Shown here in pieces: positions 1 through 9,675 of a stretch of DNA of 52,182 nucleotides; position 1 is the stretch's first letter, and each line of letters starts with the position of its first letter. This DNA comes from a virus (taxonomy: Duplodnaviria > Caudoviricetes), in the IMG/VR virus record IMGVR_UViG_3300024262_004288, positions 1 to 52,182 of that record. One strand, 5' to 3'. The notes beneath the pieces are model-generated. The model made no database searches and was not told where the DNA came from. It worked only from the letters and a program-made list of their open reading frames with translations. The translations under genes and the position numbers were made by a program.

Positions 1-23
1 ATAGGACCAAGCCCCGCGGTCGC

Positions 24-572
24 GTGGATATCACCTTTGCCGATCCTGGGACGCATAAGGTGATTTCAGTATCGGTTCCTCGCACAAGATTGCCCGTCTG
101 TCTATCCGACGAGGTTCCGGCGTCTGCCATTCAGTCTAGTACAGACTTTAGGCGTTTTCTGGGCAAGAAGATTTTGGAGTTAGTAGATCCCGAGGTTGCC
201 ACAAAAGAGCTAGATACCGATGATGCACGAGAAGAACTCGCTGCACTATCGGAGTCTCAGTATGCTAGCTCTGGTGCCGCTCCTGCCTTTGGTCCGGGTG
301 GTCCTCTACAGCCGAATAATGCTAACAATGCGGATGACTTTGAGTTCGAAAATCTGCAAGACGATATGATTAATGCCAGGGTATTGCAGATTGTCGCTAG
401 TTTGGATACGGAGGATATGCAGGTTCGTCAGGCATTACAGGAATTGCGTGCAATGGAAGATGAGCTAACAATGGAAGACTGCTCTTACATCATTGCGCGT
501 GGTCGTGCCGGTCAGGTGCGTAAGCTAGCACAAAAGGTTCTATCATCACTTACATCTAAGGACGTTTCATAA
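24..572 (+). CDS. hypothetical protein (probably 5'-truncated by window edge)
   Basis: 182-aa ORF; the frame is open back to position 3, so the true start may lie upstream of the window. Confidence 0.7.
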   Translation: MDITFADPGTHKVISVSVPRTRLPVCLSDEVPASAIQSSTDFRRFLGKKILELVDPEVATKELDTDDAREELAALSESQYASSGAAPAFGPGGPLQPNNANNADDFEFENLQDDMINARVLQIVASLDTEDMQVRQALQELRAMEDELTMEDCSYIIARGRAGQVRKLAQKVLSSLTSKDVS

Positions 573-581
573 GGAGCTAGC

Positions 582-1307
582 ATGGCTGGTGTCACAGAAG
601 TTATAGTTGATGATATTGAGCAACTACTAGAGAAGTATACAGCAGATTCTTCTGTAGATACCAGCTATCGTAAGCGTCTTCCATTTATTATGACAAGAGA
701 GTCCTGGCTTACCGCAGATTATGCGGGCACTGGTGATATTGATGTTGCGGCGATTAGGGCTGCTGCTGAGAGGGAGTCCTCAATGGGCCTTGTCAGCGGC
801 TCCTATATCGTTGCAAACATCAATCCCAGTGAAGTGTCCTTTAGACTTGCTCTAAGATCTACAGAACAAAAGGTTCGTGGAGGTACAGTTACGCATACTT
901 GGTTTGATCGAACAAGAGGAACATTTTTTGATGAGCCTGTCTTGTCCTTTACATTCCAATCGGGTAACTGTATGCCTGTTCGCATGGAAAATGGTGAGCT
1001 ATCAATGCCTCGGGGATTGAATGCTTTTCATTCATTCATGAACTTGCTAGATACCGAAAATACGCTACCCGACGGCAGACCTAACTACGTATATATTATC
1101 TATAATAGCTTAAAGTTTCCAACATTAACATTGGTTGGATTCTTTGCGCCAGGTGGAATTAGTTTTACGGACTCTTCGCAGAGCGCCAGTGAGATGTCCT
1201 GGTCGGCAGATTTTATCTGCCATTTTACCAGTCCTAAACTAACATCTTCTACGGAATTACGTCAACGCTTTGTTGAGGTCCACACTGAACTTGGGACTGT
1301 CCGTTAG
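582..1307 (+). CDS. hypothetical protein, possibly virion baseplate/tube-initiator-like
   Basis: AAGGAG SD; NPSEVSF...EQKVRGG...W...LSFTFQSGN pattern resembles contractile-tail hub proteins (weak recollection). Confidence 0.5.
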   Translation: MAGVTEVIVDDIEQLLEKYTADSSVDTSYRKRLPFIMTRESWLTADYAGTGDIDVAAIRAAAERESSMGLVSGSYIVANINPSEVSFRLALRSTEQKVRGGTVTHTWFDRTRGTFFDEPVLSFTFQSGNCMPVRMENGELSMPRGLNAFHSFMNLLDTENTLPDGRPNYVYIIYNSLKFPTLTLVGFFAPGGISFTDSSQSASEMSWSADFICHFTSPKLTSSTELRQRFVEVHTELGTVR

Positions 1308-2177
1308 AGCAGTTACTCTATCTTTTAGCCATAGCAAGTAATCTTCTCCGATAGAACCTGGATCTTCTCCCTCAGGCAATGTGACACTGAACAACTTAAA
1401 AGTGTCCCTAGCATCATTTTCTATTTGATGTTGCATTGCTCTGCCACTTTCATCCCCATCAGGTAGAATAATAAGTGTGTCTACACCCAACGTTGTTAGA
1501 TCACTTTGGCTAATACTACTCCACTGCCCTGCCCCCAGCAGAGCTACGGCAGGTATCTTGTAAAACTGTAGACGAAGGGCATCGTAGGGGCCTTCGACAA
1601 TAACAGCAACATTATTTGTAATCTTGTTAAAGGGAAATAGCACGCGATGTGCATCAAGGCCCATACTATTACGATACTTAGGAAACACCTTGTCGGTGCT
1701 GTCTATCTTTGCAGCTACCCATCCTAACAGATCATCCCAGATATGGATAGGAAAGAGAATACGGTATCCATGGGAAGAGTCATCGTACCATCGATATGCA
1801 GGTAGCTCTCTAAGCCATTCTTCACTAATACTACGCCAAGCACCATGCTTCCAGCGAACCAACCCTAGTGGTAGTTCGGGCTCTCTCAGTCCCTTTTCCT
1901 CATGCATGCTCAACTTATTACGTAATAAAGAGAACTCATCGATATCTTGGTCATTAAGGGCCTTACCTCCAATTTCAGCCGCTAAGGTGTTCCAGTTACC
2001 TTTCCATCCACAATGCGGAACCCAGCAGCGCGCCATAGATCCTGATTTATGAATCCATAGCTTAAATCCAAAACTCTTGTGAAATGGGCATGGAATGGAG
2101 ATATCATTCTTACGTACTTCAAAGGGAAGACCGAGCCTAGTTAACTCAGCTAAGATATGCTGCTCTGTGGTTAACAT
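1257..2177 (-). CDS. dnaG: DNA primase (Zn-binding domain + TOPRIM)
   Basis: CPFH...C-x4-C zinc domain; KYRNS; IVEGPYDAL; DGDESG DxD; GEDPG. Confidence 0.85.
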   Translation of the reverse strand: MLTTEQHILAELTRLGLPFEVRKNDISIPCPFHKSFGFKLWIHKSGSMARCWVPHCGWKGNWNTLAAEIGGKALNDQDIDEFSLLRNKLSMHEEKGLREPELPLGLVRWKHGAWRSISEEWLRELPAYRWYDDSSHGYRILFPIHIWDDLLGWVAAKIDSTDKVFPKYRNSMGLDAHRVLFPFNKITNNVAVIVEGPYDALRLQFYKIPAVALLGAGQWSSISQSDLTTLGVDTLIILPDGDESGRAMQHQIENDARDTFKLFSVTLPEGEDPGSIGEDYLLWLKDRVTALTDSPKFSVDLNKALT

Positions 2178-2426
2178 CTTTCAATCCACAAGTCATCGTT
2201 TTTCGCGCACCAGAATCGAAATTCCAGCGCTTGTACTTTGCAGTATATCTTAGCAGCTTCTGCTTTTGCCTGCACTATATTATCTACTATTAGTAGGCGC
2301 GGTTTTACTTCAACAATAACTTTTTTTGTCTTCATACTGTATTTTTCTTGATATCCGACACTCGGATAAGTGTCTGCAAGATAAGCAAATGTCTCTACTA
2401 TCTGCCAAATAATTATGTAATGTCAT
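2171..2426 (-). pseudogene. frameshifted TnsA-N/T4 gp4-like nuclease fragment (38-aa + 54-aa ORFs joined across an A7 run)
   Basis: AGGAG SD + ATG at 2426; second frame reads KVIVEVKP...QAKAEAAKIYCKVQALEF; removing one A at 2321-2327 fuses the two frames. Confidence 0.45.
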
Positions 2427-2479
2427 ATTCTCCTAACCAGATATAATGTTCTATCATGTAAATATTTTACAGGGAACAT

Positions 2480-3331
2480 ATGAAAGATTATACCACCAAC
2501 AAGGGTACGCCCAAGTCTTCTATTTACATACTTCTAAATGATGTCTTAAAAGAGGTGAAAAAGGCTGCTCGGCCTGCTGCTGCTCGGTGGGACTTTCGGG
2601 CTAGTGGTCAGCCCATTTGTGCACGAGATTTTGTCTTTTGGCAATTGACTGAGGATGGTAAGAGACCACCAGACGAAGAATCCTTCCGTATGGATTTTTA
2701 TACAGAGATCGGCACCGCCGTACACTCTGTTATGCAACGATGGTTGGGCCGAGTCAATCAAATCTACGGTAACTGGTCTTGCCAGAATCCCAAATGCCAG
2801 TACTACGAAGCAGTTGTTATCAAAAACCACTTAGGTGTAGGTCCTTGTCCGCATTGTGACAGAGAAACTATCTACGAGGAGTATTTACTAACGCACTCTT
2901 CTGGGTTGTCTGCTCATCCCGATGGATTACTTCCCTACGAAGATGGTTATCTCTTGTGGGAGTTCAAGACAACTGGTCTATTATCTAAGTTGAGTTTTCC
3001 CCGACATAGTTATCTTCTACAGACAAACATCTACGCAGCTCTGTTGGAAGACGCGGGGATGCCTATTAAGAAAATAGCCATTGTATACATTTCACGACTC
3101 AATCCCGAGTTTAAGGTATTCTTACTGAAACCTAATAGAGATGTTTTCAATGAGATAGTTGAACGTTACTTACTTGCAAAGAAAGCCCTGCATGAGGGGG
3201 AAGTTCCCATTGGATTATGCTTTACTCCTGCAGAAGCTGTTATGTATGAGTGTCCTTGGAAGGAATATTGCTTTGACCAAGATCCCTACGCAGTGCTGAG
3301 TAAGTTGCATAATTCCCGAGGCAATCAGTAA
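2480..3331 (+). CDS. Cas4-like PD-(D/E)XK exonuclease with zinc-ribbon insertion
   Basis: N-terminal C, GTAVH, HPDG..WEFKT, QTNIYA, C-terminal C..CPW..YC; inserted CQNPKC/CPHC. Confidence 0.8.
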   Translation: MKDYTTNKGTPKSSIYILLNDVLKEVKKAARPAAARWDFRASGQPICARDFVFWQLTEDGKRPPDEESFRMDFYTEIGTAVHSVMQRWLGRVNQIYGNWSCQNPKCQYYEAVVIKNHLGVGPCPHCDRETIYEEYLLTHSSGLSAHPDGLLPYEDGYLLWEFKTTGLLSKLSFPRHSYLLQTNIYAALLEDAGMPIKKIAIVYISRLNPEFKVFLLKPNRDVFNEIVERYLLAKKALHEGEVPIGLCFTPAEAVMYECPWKEYCFDQDPYAVLSKLHNSRGNQ

Positions 3332-3362
3332 AAAACAGGGAACATTTTCGTTGGGAGAATAG

Positions 3363-4757
3363 ATGTACACATGGGTGCCCGCTGGCTGTTGGAAAAATGG
3401 CATAACGGACGGTTTTGTCTATATAAAATACGGCAAGACCGGTGTTACACATATTGAGGTAACTGATGACCCTACGATTGGTCAGGGTGGAAAGATCCGA
3501 CTTCCCGATCGTGAGATCGTCGTTTCACATCATCAAGATAAACGCCCTATCGATTGGGATTTTGATGAATGCCTTTGCACGAGTATTTACTCTGAAGGGG
3601 GCTTGGGAGAACGCTATCTCAAATATATTCTGATTAGTGCACATAATGGATTCGAGCAGAAGATCAAGAACAGGGATTGGTTAAAGAATGATCTAAAACT
3701 CATAGGGGACTCAGGGGGTGCACAATTAAAAGGTGGGTCTTCTGATTGGATTGATCCCTACCGGGTTATTGATTGGCATAATCGTGTTGTCGATATTGGG
3801 GCGACTCTAGATGTTCCTCCTCGGCCCATTGATCATGGGGACAATCGAGTCATCAGAGCTCTGGCCGAAGTGCAGCTTCGCAACAACAAAATCTTTTTGG
3901 AACATAAACGAAAAGACCTCAAACTATTTAATGTCATCCATGGTTATGATCACCAACAATCCAGTGATTGGGCCAAGCATGTAGCTAACGACGAGTTTTA
4001 TGGCTGGGCTGCTGGTGCCGATAACTATGGGTCTGATCTAGCCAACTTCAGAAATCTATTAACCGCTATCTTGGAGCAACCTCGTGTTCCGCATTACCAT
4101 TTCTTCGGTGTTAGTGGTGGACAGCGTATGCCAGCGATTGCTTGGATTGGTAGTTATGTTGATTGTATTACCGCAGATTCTACAGTCTACTTGCAGGGTA
4201 CCAACAAAATGATGTATTGGTTGACCCCTGACATGAAACTCAAGCAGTTGAATGTTGGTGATAAGTCAACTCTCTATTGGGATCATCTAACCCCTTTGCC
4301 TTGTAGTTGCGAAGCTTGTTCTCGTGTGCGATATTGGCAGGTCTATAGTTTGCCTGCTAACTATGGTACATCTTTCTTGTTGGCTTGGCATAATCTAACA
4401 GTCGTGGCTAGACAAGCTATGTACTGGAATGCGCTTGCCCAGAAGTTAAGCTACCAAGACTATATCAAAATTGTGGAAGCGACTTATGGTGCTACCTCTG
4501 CGGCGTATAGGCGCACCGAGTACGTAGAACGAGTTTTTCAAGATGGTATCGAAAAGGCAGACGCCCGCTATTCAGCAAAAGACTTAGGAAGCCAGCCATT
4601 ACGTGCAGGTCGAATGGCTATGCTATTTGAAGCGGCCGAGGAAAAGAAACAGAACTTTCTTAACCTGCCAGATCGTGAGAGTATTATTGAGAAGGTTCTC
4701 CCTCGCTATCTAACGGCACAAGAAATCGCGGATTTTGGTATTAAGATTAGGGCTTGA
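3363..4757 (+). CDS. TGT-family guanine transglycosylase (DpdA-like)
   Basis: IGDSGG, TLDVPP, NVIHG, HFFGVS, TADST and Zn site PCSCEAC...HNL. Confidence 0.8.
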   Translation: MYTWVPAGCWKNGITDGFVYIKYGKTGVTHIEVTDDPTIGQGGKIRLPDREIVVSHHQDKRPIDWDFDECLCTSIYSEGGLGERYLKYILISAHNGFEQKIKNRDWLKNDLKLIGDSGGAQLKGGSSDWIDPYRVIDWHNRVVDIGATLDVPPRPIDHGDNRVIRALAEVQLRNNKIFLEHKRKDLKLFNVIHGYDHQQSSDWAKHVANDEFYGWAAGADNYGSDLANFRNLLTAILEQPRVPHYHFFGVSGGQRMPAIAWIGSYVDCITADSTVYLQGTNKMMYWLTPDMKLKQLNVGDKSTLYWDHLTPLPCSCEACSRVRYWQVYSLPANYGTSFLLAWHNLTVVARQAMYWNALAQKLSYQDYIKIVEATYGATSAAYRRTEYVERVFQDGIEKADARYSAKDLGSQPLRAGRMAMLFEAAEEKKQNFLNLPDRESIIEKVLPRYLTAQEIADFGIKIRA

Positions 4758-5259
4758 GTAGCTTTTTAATATCTGGTGGGAGTTGGTGTTTTCGACGACC
4801 AATATATTGGTTACGTCGTCTACTAACAACGGCAGCCGCAACTTGCTGCAGTTTAGGTTGAACCACAGTAGCTGGTCGTGCAGCAAAATAAGCATGTTTG
4901 CATAAATGCGGTACGAACTTGGGATTACGAATGCGAGGAAAGTTTCCGTTACTATCTAGTACAGTAGATGATCCCCTAGCGGCTAGGGCTACTTCAATAT
5001 AATAGGTGAAATACTCACATGAACAATGTACCCATAGAGGTTCATCAATGTATGTTGCCAACGATGAACCAGAAGGACCATAAAAACGATAACGTACTAG
5101 CCTTGGATCAGTAGTGCATCCTACTTGCATGTGCACTTCTTTATACTTGCCGTTGTCATCGTTCCCCTCGAATGCCGTTACAACCCGAATACGACATCCC
5201 CGGATGTTCTGTCGAATATTCTTAGGTGTCGTCATCATAAGTTGTCTTAGCGTCAGCAT
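4747..5259 (-). CDS. SWIM zinc-finger protein
   Basis: VHCSCEYF...LCKH SWIM signature. Confidence 0.7.
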   Translation of the reverse strand: MLTLRQLMMTTPKNIRQNIRGCRIRVVTAFEGNDDNGKYKEVHMQVGCTTDPRLVRYRFYGPSGSSLATYIDEPLWVHCSCEYFTYYIEVALAARGSSTVLDSNGNFPRIRNPKFVPHLCKHAYFAARPATVVQPKLQQVAAAVVSRRRNQYIGRRKHQLPPDIKKLLKP

Positions 5260-5298
5260 TTGAGTCTCCTAGACTTCTATTATATAACCCTTGATGGA

Positions 5299-6564
5299 AT
5301 GATGATGGACAACACAGGTGTAAGCGCAATTAGTCAGTTATATAAGGAGATATTTCGATATCCCTTACTTAGTAAAACACACATGCGTGTGCTCTTTTCG
5401 GAGTTTGAGGCAATAATCTTTCGGGCTTCCGATGAGCTACTGAATCAAGGTGATTTTGTTGAACATTACATCGCTGATCTACTTGTAGAAGTGTCTGCAG
5501 GAATCACGCGGGGTCGGACATTATTTATCCAACAAAAGGCTAAAGATAAATCCGATGAGCGACTATACGATGACACTCAGATAGCTGCTCTTTCTCGGGG
5601 AATGTGCTGGATGAATTTATTATCTTCAGGCAAGCCATCTATTGCCGCGACTAAACAGTGTCTTGATGATTTGCAATTTACCCGAGCTGTTTATGAGAGT
5701 ATGCTTGAGCTATTTGCCGAAGTAGTTAAGGACTATCCTGAGCAGCTATTGGAAGCTATGGAAATTCGTCAACAGATAGAAGATGGTCTTGAAGAAGAAG
5801 AAAGATATGCAGGCATCAATCAATCCTTGCTATTAACGGAGAGGGCCGCGCATATCAATAGATATGAGCTTTATCAGTTATGCCAATCTATTGATCAGAC
5901 ATTTTTGGAGCTAAAAAGTATTCGAGGGAAAGTCATGCGCCCCTACTTACGCCTGGTCTTCAAAATAGCTCGGGGTCATTCCGCTAGTGAGCAACAAATA
6001 CTGGACAATTTCCAGAATGGCGCAACGGGATTAATGCGCGCTGTTTCATATTTCGACTTTCATAACTATTCCAACTTTTCTTCTTACGCCCGTTGGTGGG
6101 TTAGTCAATCGATCTTGCTATTGTTAAAAGAACAGGCTAACTTCATTCGTCTTCCAATAGGCGTCTGGCAAAACTATAACTGGTTGGAAACAGTTAGGTC
6201 TAAGATCACCGCAGAGCAGGGTGGTTGTTCGACCGGCGTGTTAGCCAAGGAGACTGGTTATTCCATTGACCAGCTTCATTCAATCTATGAAGGTGTTGGA
6301 ACAAGTAATGTTTGTTCCTTAGATTATTTCATAGACCAAGACGAGAAAGTCCCACTTAGTAGTGTCATAGCAGATGAAACTATTAAGCAGCCCGATGAGC
6401 TAGAAGTTCCAATTACACAGTATTTAAGTTTCCTTGATGATGAACTTCGTAAGATAATCTGTTTGCATCATGGACTCTTAGAATACGTACCTCGCGATCC
6501 CTTGTCCAGATTAGATATCTACAAGGAACGCTTACGCCAACGCTGGAGGAGTGATGTCAACTAA
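5299..6564 (+). CDS. sigma70-family RNA polymerase sigma factor
   Basis: Region 2 LRLVFKIAR...QNGATGLMRAVSYFD...FSSYARWWVSQSI, IRLP, region 3.2 SLD; start moved to the ATG at 5299. Confidence 0.85.
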   Translation: MMMDNTGVSAISQLYKEIFRYPLLSKTHMRVLFSEFEAIIFRASDELLNQGDFVEHYIADLLVEVSAGITRGRTLFIQQKAKDKSDERLYDDTQIAALSRGMCWMNLLSSGKPSIAATKQCLDDLQFTRAVYESMLELFAEVVKDYPEQLLEAMEIRQQIEDGLEEEERYAGINQSLLLTERAAHINRYELYQLCQSIDQTFLELKSIRGKVMRPYLRLVFKIARGHSASEQQILDNFQNGATGLMRAVSYFDFHNYSNFSSYARWWVSQSILLLLKEQANFIRLPIGVWQNYNWLETVRSKITAEQGGCSTGVLAKETGYSIDQLHSIYEGVGTSNVCSLDYFIDQDEKVPLSSVIADETIKQPDELEVPITQYLSFLDDELRKIICLHHGLLEYVPRDPLSRLDIYKERLRQRWRSDVN

Positions 6565-7207
6565 CGATGATCCCAGAATGATTATTGCGGATCCTGATGA
6601 TATATTTAACAAACTAAAAGAGTATATAATTGAAGTAGCCGAAGCTGATGGCACAGATGGTTCTAAAATAGCATTGGGAGATGAGAGCAATAATATTACA
6701 TACTCTCGTCCGAATAATCCCAACGGAGACAAAATAATAGAAACGGGTCAGACCTGGAAGGAAAGTCTAGATGAAGATGGCCATTCCTACATTCCTCCTA
6801 AATACAAGCCATTTTATGTTTTGATCAAGGGTATTGCCGCTTGGTTGGCGGATTTTGCCTGGCAGGGCGTTGGCGGTGTATACCATTGCGCTGCATCTAT
6901 TTCGATAGGAAAAGCTGTATATGTTTACAATAATGATAGTATTACTTTGGCTGATGCCTCTGCTGTAGGTACAATGCCAGCTATTGGCATCGTAATTGCT
7001 AAGCCATCCGATAGCAGAGCAATAGTACAGTTCGTGGGAGAGGTGGATTTTGGTACAGCATTGTTTGTGGCCGGTGCCCCTTACTTCTTAGCTAATGTTG
7101 CTGGAGATTTGGCGGCAGCGCCCGGTGTCATCCCCCAACGAGTAGGCACCGCTAAGTCGACATCTGTCTTAATTCTAGATGGTGTGTCTCAGGTTACGAC
7201 GTTCTAA
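6551..7207 (+). CDS. putative virion structural/decoration protein
   Basis: C-terminal GKAVYV..LADAS...AIGIV...GEV...GAPYFL...G.L...P...QRVG.A pattern seen in virion accessory proteins. Confidence 0.45.
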   Translation: MMSTNDDPRMIIADPDDIFNKLKEYIIEVAEADGTDGSKIALGDESNNITYSRPNNPNGDKIIETGQTWKESLDEDGHSYIPPKYKPFYVLIKGIAAWLADFAWQGVGGVYHCAASISIGKAVYVYNNDSITLADASAVGTMPAIGIVIAKPSDSRAIVQFVGEVDFGTALFVAGAPYFLANVAGDLAAAPGVIPQRVGTAKSTSVLILDGVSQVTTF

Positions 7208-8025
7208 TGCCTGAATTGCCAGAAGTACAAACTGTTGTTAATGATCTGCAAAGTCTTAATGGTTTTGTGATCAAGACCGCTAAATTTCCTCGAGAGCAGT
7301 TGAAAAAGCATTGGATAGGTCAACAAGTGCTTGGCCAGAAGCTTCTATCTATTTCTCGTCGAGGGAAGTATATTATCATGAACTTTCAACCGGGAGTTCT
7401 TGCTATACATTTAGGAATGTCTGGTAGGCTTGTATTCAAAGAAATAAAGCATACCAGAGCTAGCTTCGAGTTTGTACATTATAATAAGGGATTAGTCACC
7501 AAGCAGATTGTTTGTTACTTCGATGACATTCGCTGCTTCGGAAGATTATATACTTACGACAATGCCCTGGTTTATCACCAAGCATTTGATATCGGCCCCG
7601 ATGTTTACGAAATCGATGCAGAAGACTTTGTTAAACGCCTTAGGTTACGAAACAACCAAAGTATCAAATGCGCATTACTTGATCAGTCGATAATATCGGG
7701 TTACGGCAATATCTATGCAGCTGAGGCGTGTTTTATGACGGGCGTAGATCCGGCAACTAAGGTAGTTAACTGTTCGGATGAGATTTTGCAGATACTTTAT
7801 CGTTTGAGTAGTTCTATGTTTGATACGGCTATTGCCCTTCGTGGAACTACTTTCGATGCCTATCGTGGGGTTGATGGTCAGCCTGGATTAGCCTTAAATG
7901 CGTTATATGTTTATGGAAAGACCCGCTGCATTTGCTGCGGTAGCCCTATCAATAAGATAAAACAAGAAGGGCGTACTACTTGGTATTGCCCCACTTGTCA
8001 GGCTGGAGATTGTCATGCTAGTTGA
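7207..8025 (+). CDS. mutM: formamidopyrimidine-DNA glycosylase (Fpg)
   Basis: MPELPEV start, RRGKY, HLGMSG, LLDQSIISGYGNIYAAE H2TH, C-terminal C4 finger with GRTTWYCPTCQ. Confidence 0.95.
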   Translation: MPELPEVQTVVNDLQSLNGFVIKTAKFPREQLKKHWIGQQVLGQKLLSISRRGKYIIMNFQPGVLAIHLGMSGRLVFKEIKHTRASFEFVHYNKGLVTKQIVCYFDDIRCFGRLYTYDNALVYHQAFDIGPDVYEIDAEDFVKRLRLRNNQSIKCALLDQSIISGYGNIYAAEACFMTGVDPATKVVNCSDEILQILYRLSSSMFDTAIALRGTTFDAYRGVDGQPGLALNALYVYGKTRCICCGSPINKIKQEGRTTWYCPTCQAGDCHAS

Positions 8026-8779
8026 GCTAGAAGATGCTAAGATTGCAGCGTTACAGCAAGAAGATCGTGTCTTAGCTAAAAAGATAGATGCTCAGCTATT
8101 ACTAGCTCATAGCAAGTTATCTGATAGAGTCTCCGATATGTTGGGTGAGTTCATTGAATCTGGCGGCGCAGCCGAGCTGATTTGGAGTTCACTCAAAGGC
8201 CTGACTCGTGAGATCATTAAAGAGTTACTCCGGCAAAAAGATAAGGATTTTGGTAAGCCCCTGGGAAAAGAGTCAGAAGAAGATATCAAGAAGACCCTTG
8301 ATGGTTTGTCAAATGAAGAGATTGAACGCCTACACAAAGTCCTACTAAATTTGGGTGTGAGTGCTCAAGAAGTAGTAGATCGTATACATAATCTATTGGT
8401 TAAGTGGCTACCTAGTTATGTAAAAGATATCTTAGGTTGGAGAATAAAGGAACGTCGTCCCTTTATCCGAGCTATTAGAGCCAGACAAGGCTCAGGTTTG
8501 GGTTTATCGATGACAATCAAACAAGAGGCTGAAATTCGATTACCGGGAGAGAAACAATATAGACAGTTAGTTATAACAATCATTGGGCACAGTTGGACAG
8601 ATAATGGCGCCAAAGCTACAGCTGTTCTTGATAAATGGAAAGCGTCGCATGACTTAATCTATCATGGCATGAAATATCCGGGCCATGGAGCAAGCTGGGA
8701 TTTTGAATATCAATTCACAAGAGCAATGCAAGATAGTATTACCGTCGTCCTGCAACGAATCAAAACAGATATCCTGTAA
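8015..8779 (+). CDS. hypothetical protein
   Basis: 254-aa ORF with GGAG SD, overlapping the fpg end. Confidence 0.7.
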   Translation: MLVELEDAKIAALQQEDRVLAKKIDAQLLLAHSKLSDRVSDMLGEFIESGGAAELIWSSLKGLTREIIKELLRQKDKDFGKPLGKESEEDIKKTLDGLSNEEIERLHKVLLNLGVSAQEVVDRIHNLLVKWLPSYVKDILGWRIKERRPFIRAIRARQGSGLGLSMTIKQEAEIRLPGEKQYRQLVITIIGHSWTDNGAKATAVLDKWKASHDLIYHGMKYPGHGASWDFEYQFTRAMQDSITVVLQRIKTDIL

Positions 8780-8850
8780 AGGAAAATCATTAATAGATCC
8801 GATTCAAACCCCGGATCACTTTTAAACTACGTTCCACTAGGAGATTCAAA

Positions 8851-9675
8851 ATGGGTATGAAAGGCTGGAAGTCCGCTACTAGTTATAATCAAGAAGAAAA
8901 ATGGGAAGACAATGTTCGTTGGGGAGATTTTGCGAACAAGTTTAAGTCGTTTCGCCCCGTTGGAGGTATTTGGCCCGTAGCTCGCCATTGGATCGAAGCC
9001 AAGTCTGGCAAGTTCTTTCCCATGTGGTGTCCCAAATACAACGCAGATACCGAGGAATTTGAGGAGGGCCGTGATTGCGCCGCTCACGATGCTGGTCTTC
9101 GTGCAACTCGAATGGCTCTAGGTAACTTCATCGATCGTGAACTTCAGCAGAAAGGCGACACAAATCCTATCGTTGTTCTTTCGCTTCCCACAACCGTGAT
9201 GCAAGCTATCTCCGGAATCATCGACCTAATCGGCGTGGATCCAGCAGATCCCGTGAATGGCGTGGATCTTTACTTTAAGTATGACGCTAGCCAGTCCGGT
9301 ACGGATAAGTATAGTGTGCAGCGCGGAGATAAATGTACGCTAACTACTGAAGAGGCTGCTTACGATTTATTCCCCTTGGATGAGATCTATCAGCCAGCCA
9401 AGAATGCCGATATCAAAGAGGCGCTTCGTCGCCATGGTTATTATGAGAACGTGGAACCTGCTTCAACGACGGAGTCTGTTCCGATATCTACGGACCTTGG
9501 TAGTCCCCCACCCCCGGCTCCCGTTAAGCCTGTAACTCAAGTCAAGGCACCTTCCCCACCAGTTGCAGTCTCTGGGGAGCTACCCGAATGCTTCAAGCAG
9601 TATAATGGCACACAGCGTTGTTTGCGCTGTCCGGTCAAGCATGACTGTATTGACTCTACTGACGATGACGACTAA
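8851..9675 (+). CDS. T4 gp32-like single-stranded DNA-binding protein
   Basis: RHW..CP..DCAAH zinc-site pattern, NFIDR, DPVNGVDL..KYSV, acidic DDDD tail; AGGAG SD. Confidence 0.65.
   Translation: MGMKGWKSATSYNQEEKWEDNVRWGDFANKFKSFRPVGGIWPVARHWIEAKSGKFFPMWCPKYNADTEEFEEGRDCAAHDAGLRATRMALGNFIDRELQQKGDTNPIVVLSLPTTVMQAISGIIDLIGVDPADPVNGVDLYFKYDASQSGTDKYSVQRGDKCTLTTEEAAYDLFPLDEIYQPAKNADIKEALRRHGYYENVEPASTTESVPISTDLGSPPPPAPVKPVTQVKAPSPPVAVSGELPECFKQYNGTQRCLRCPVKHDCIDSTDDDD

Noticed and set aside
2480-3331. CRISPR-Cas locus
   Set aside because: The Cas4-like gene is solo; no repeat-spacer array seen; the 30-bp repeats at 36201 are contiguous and coding
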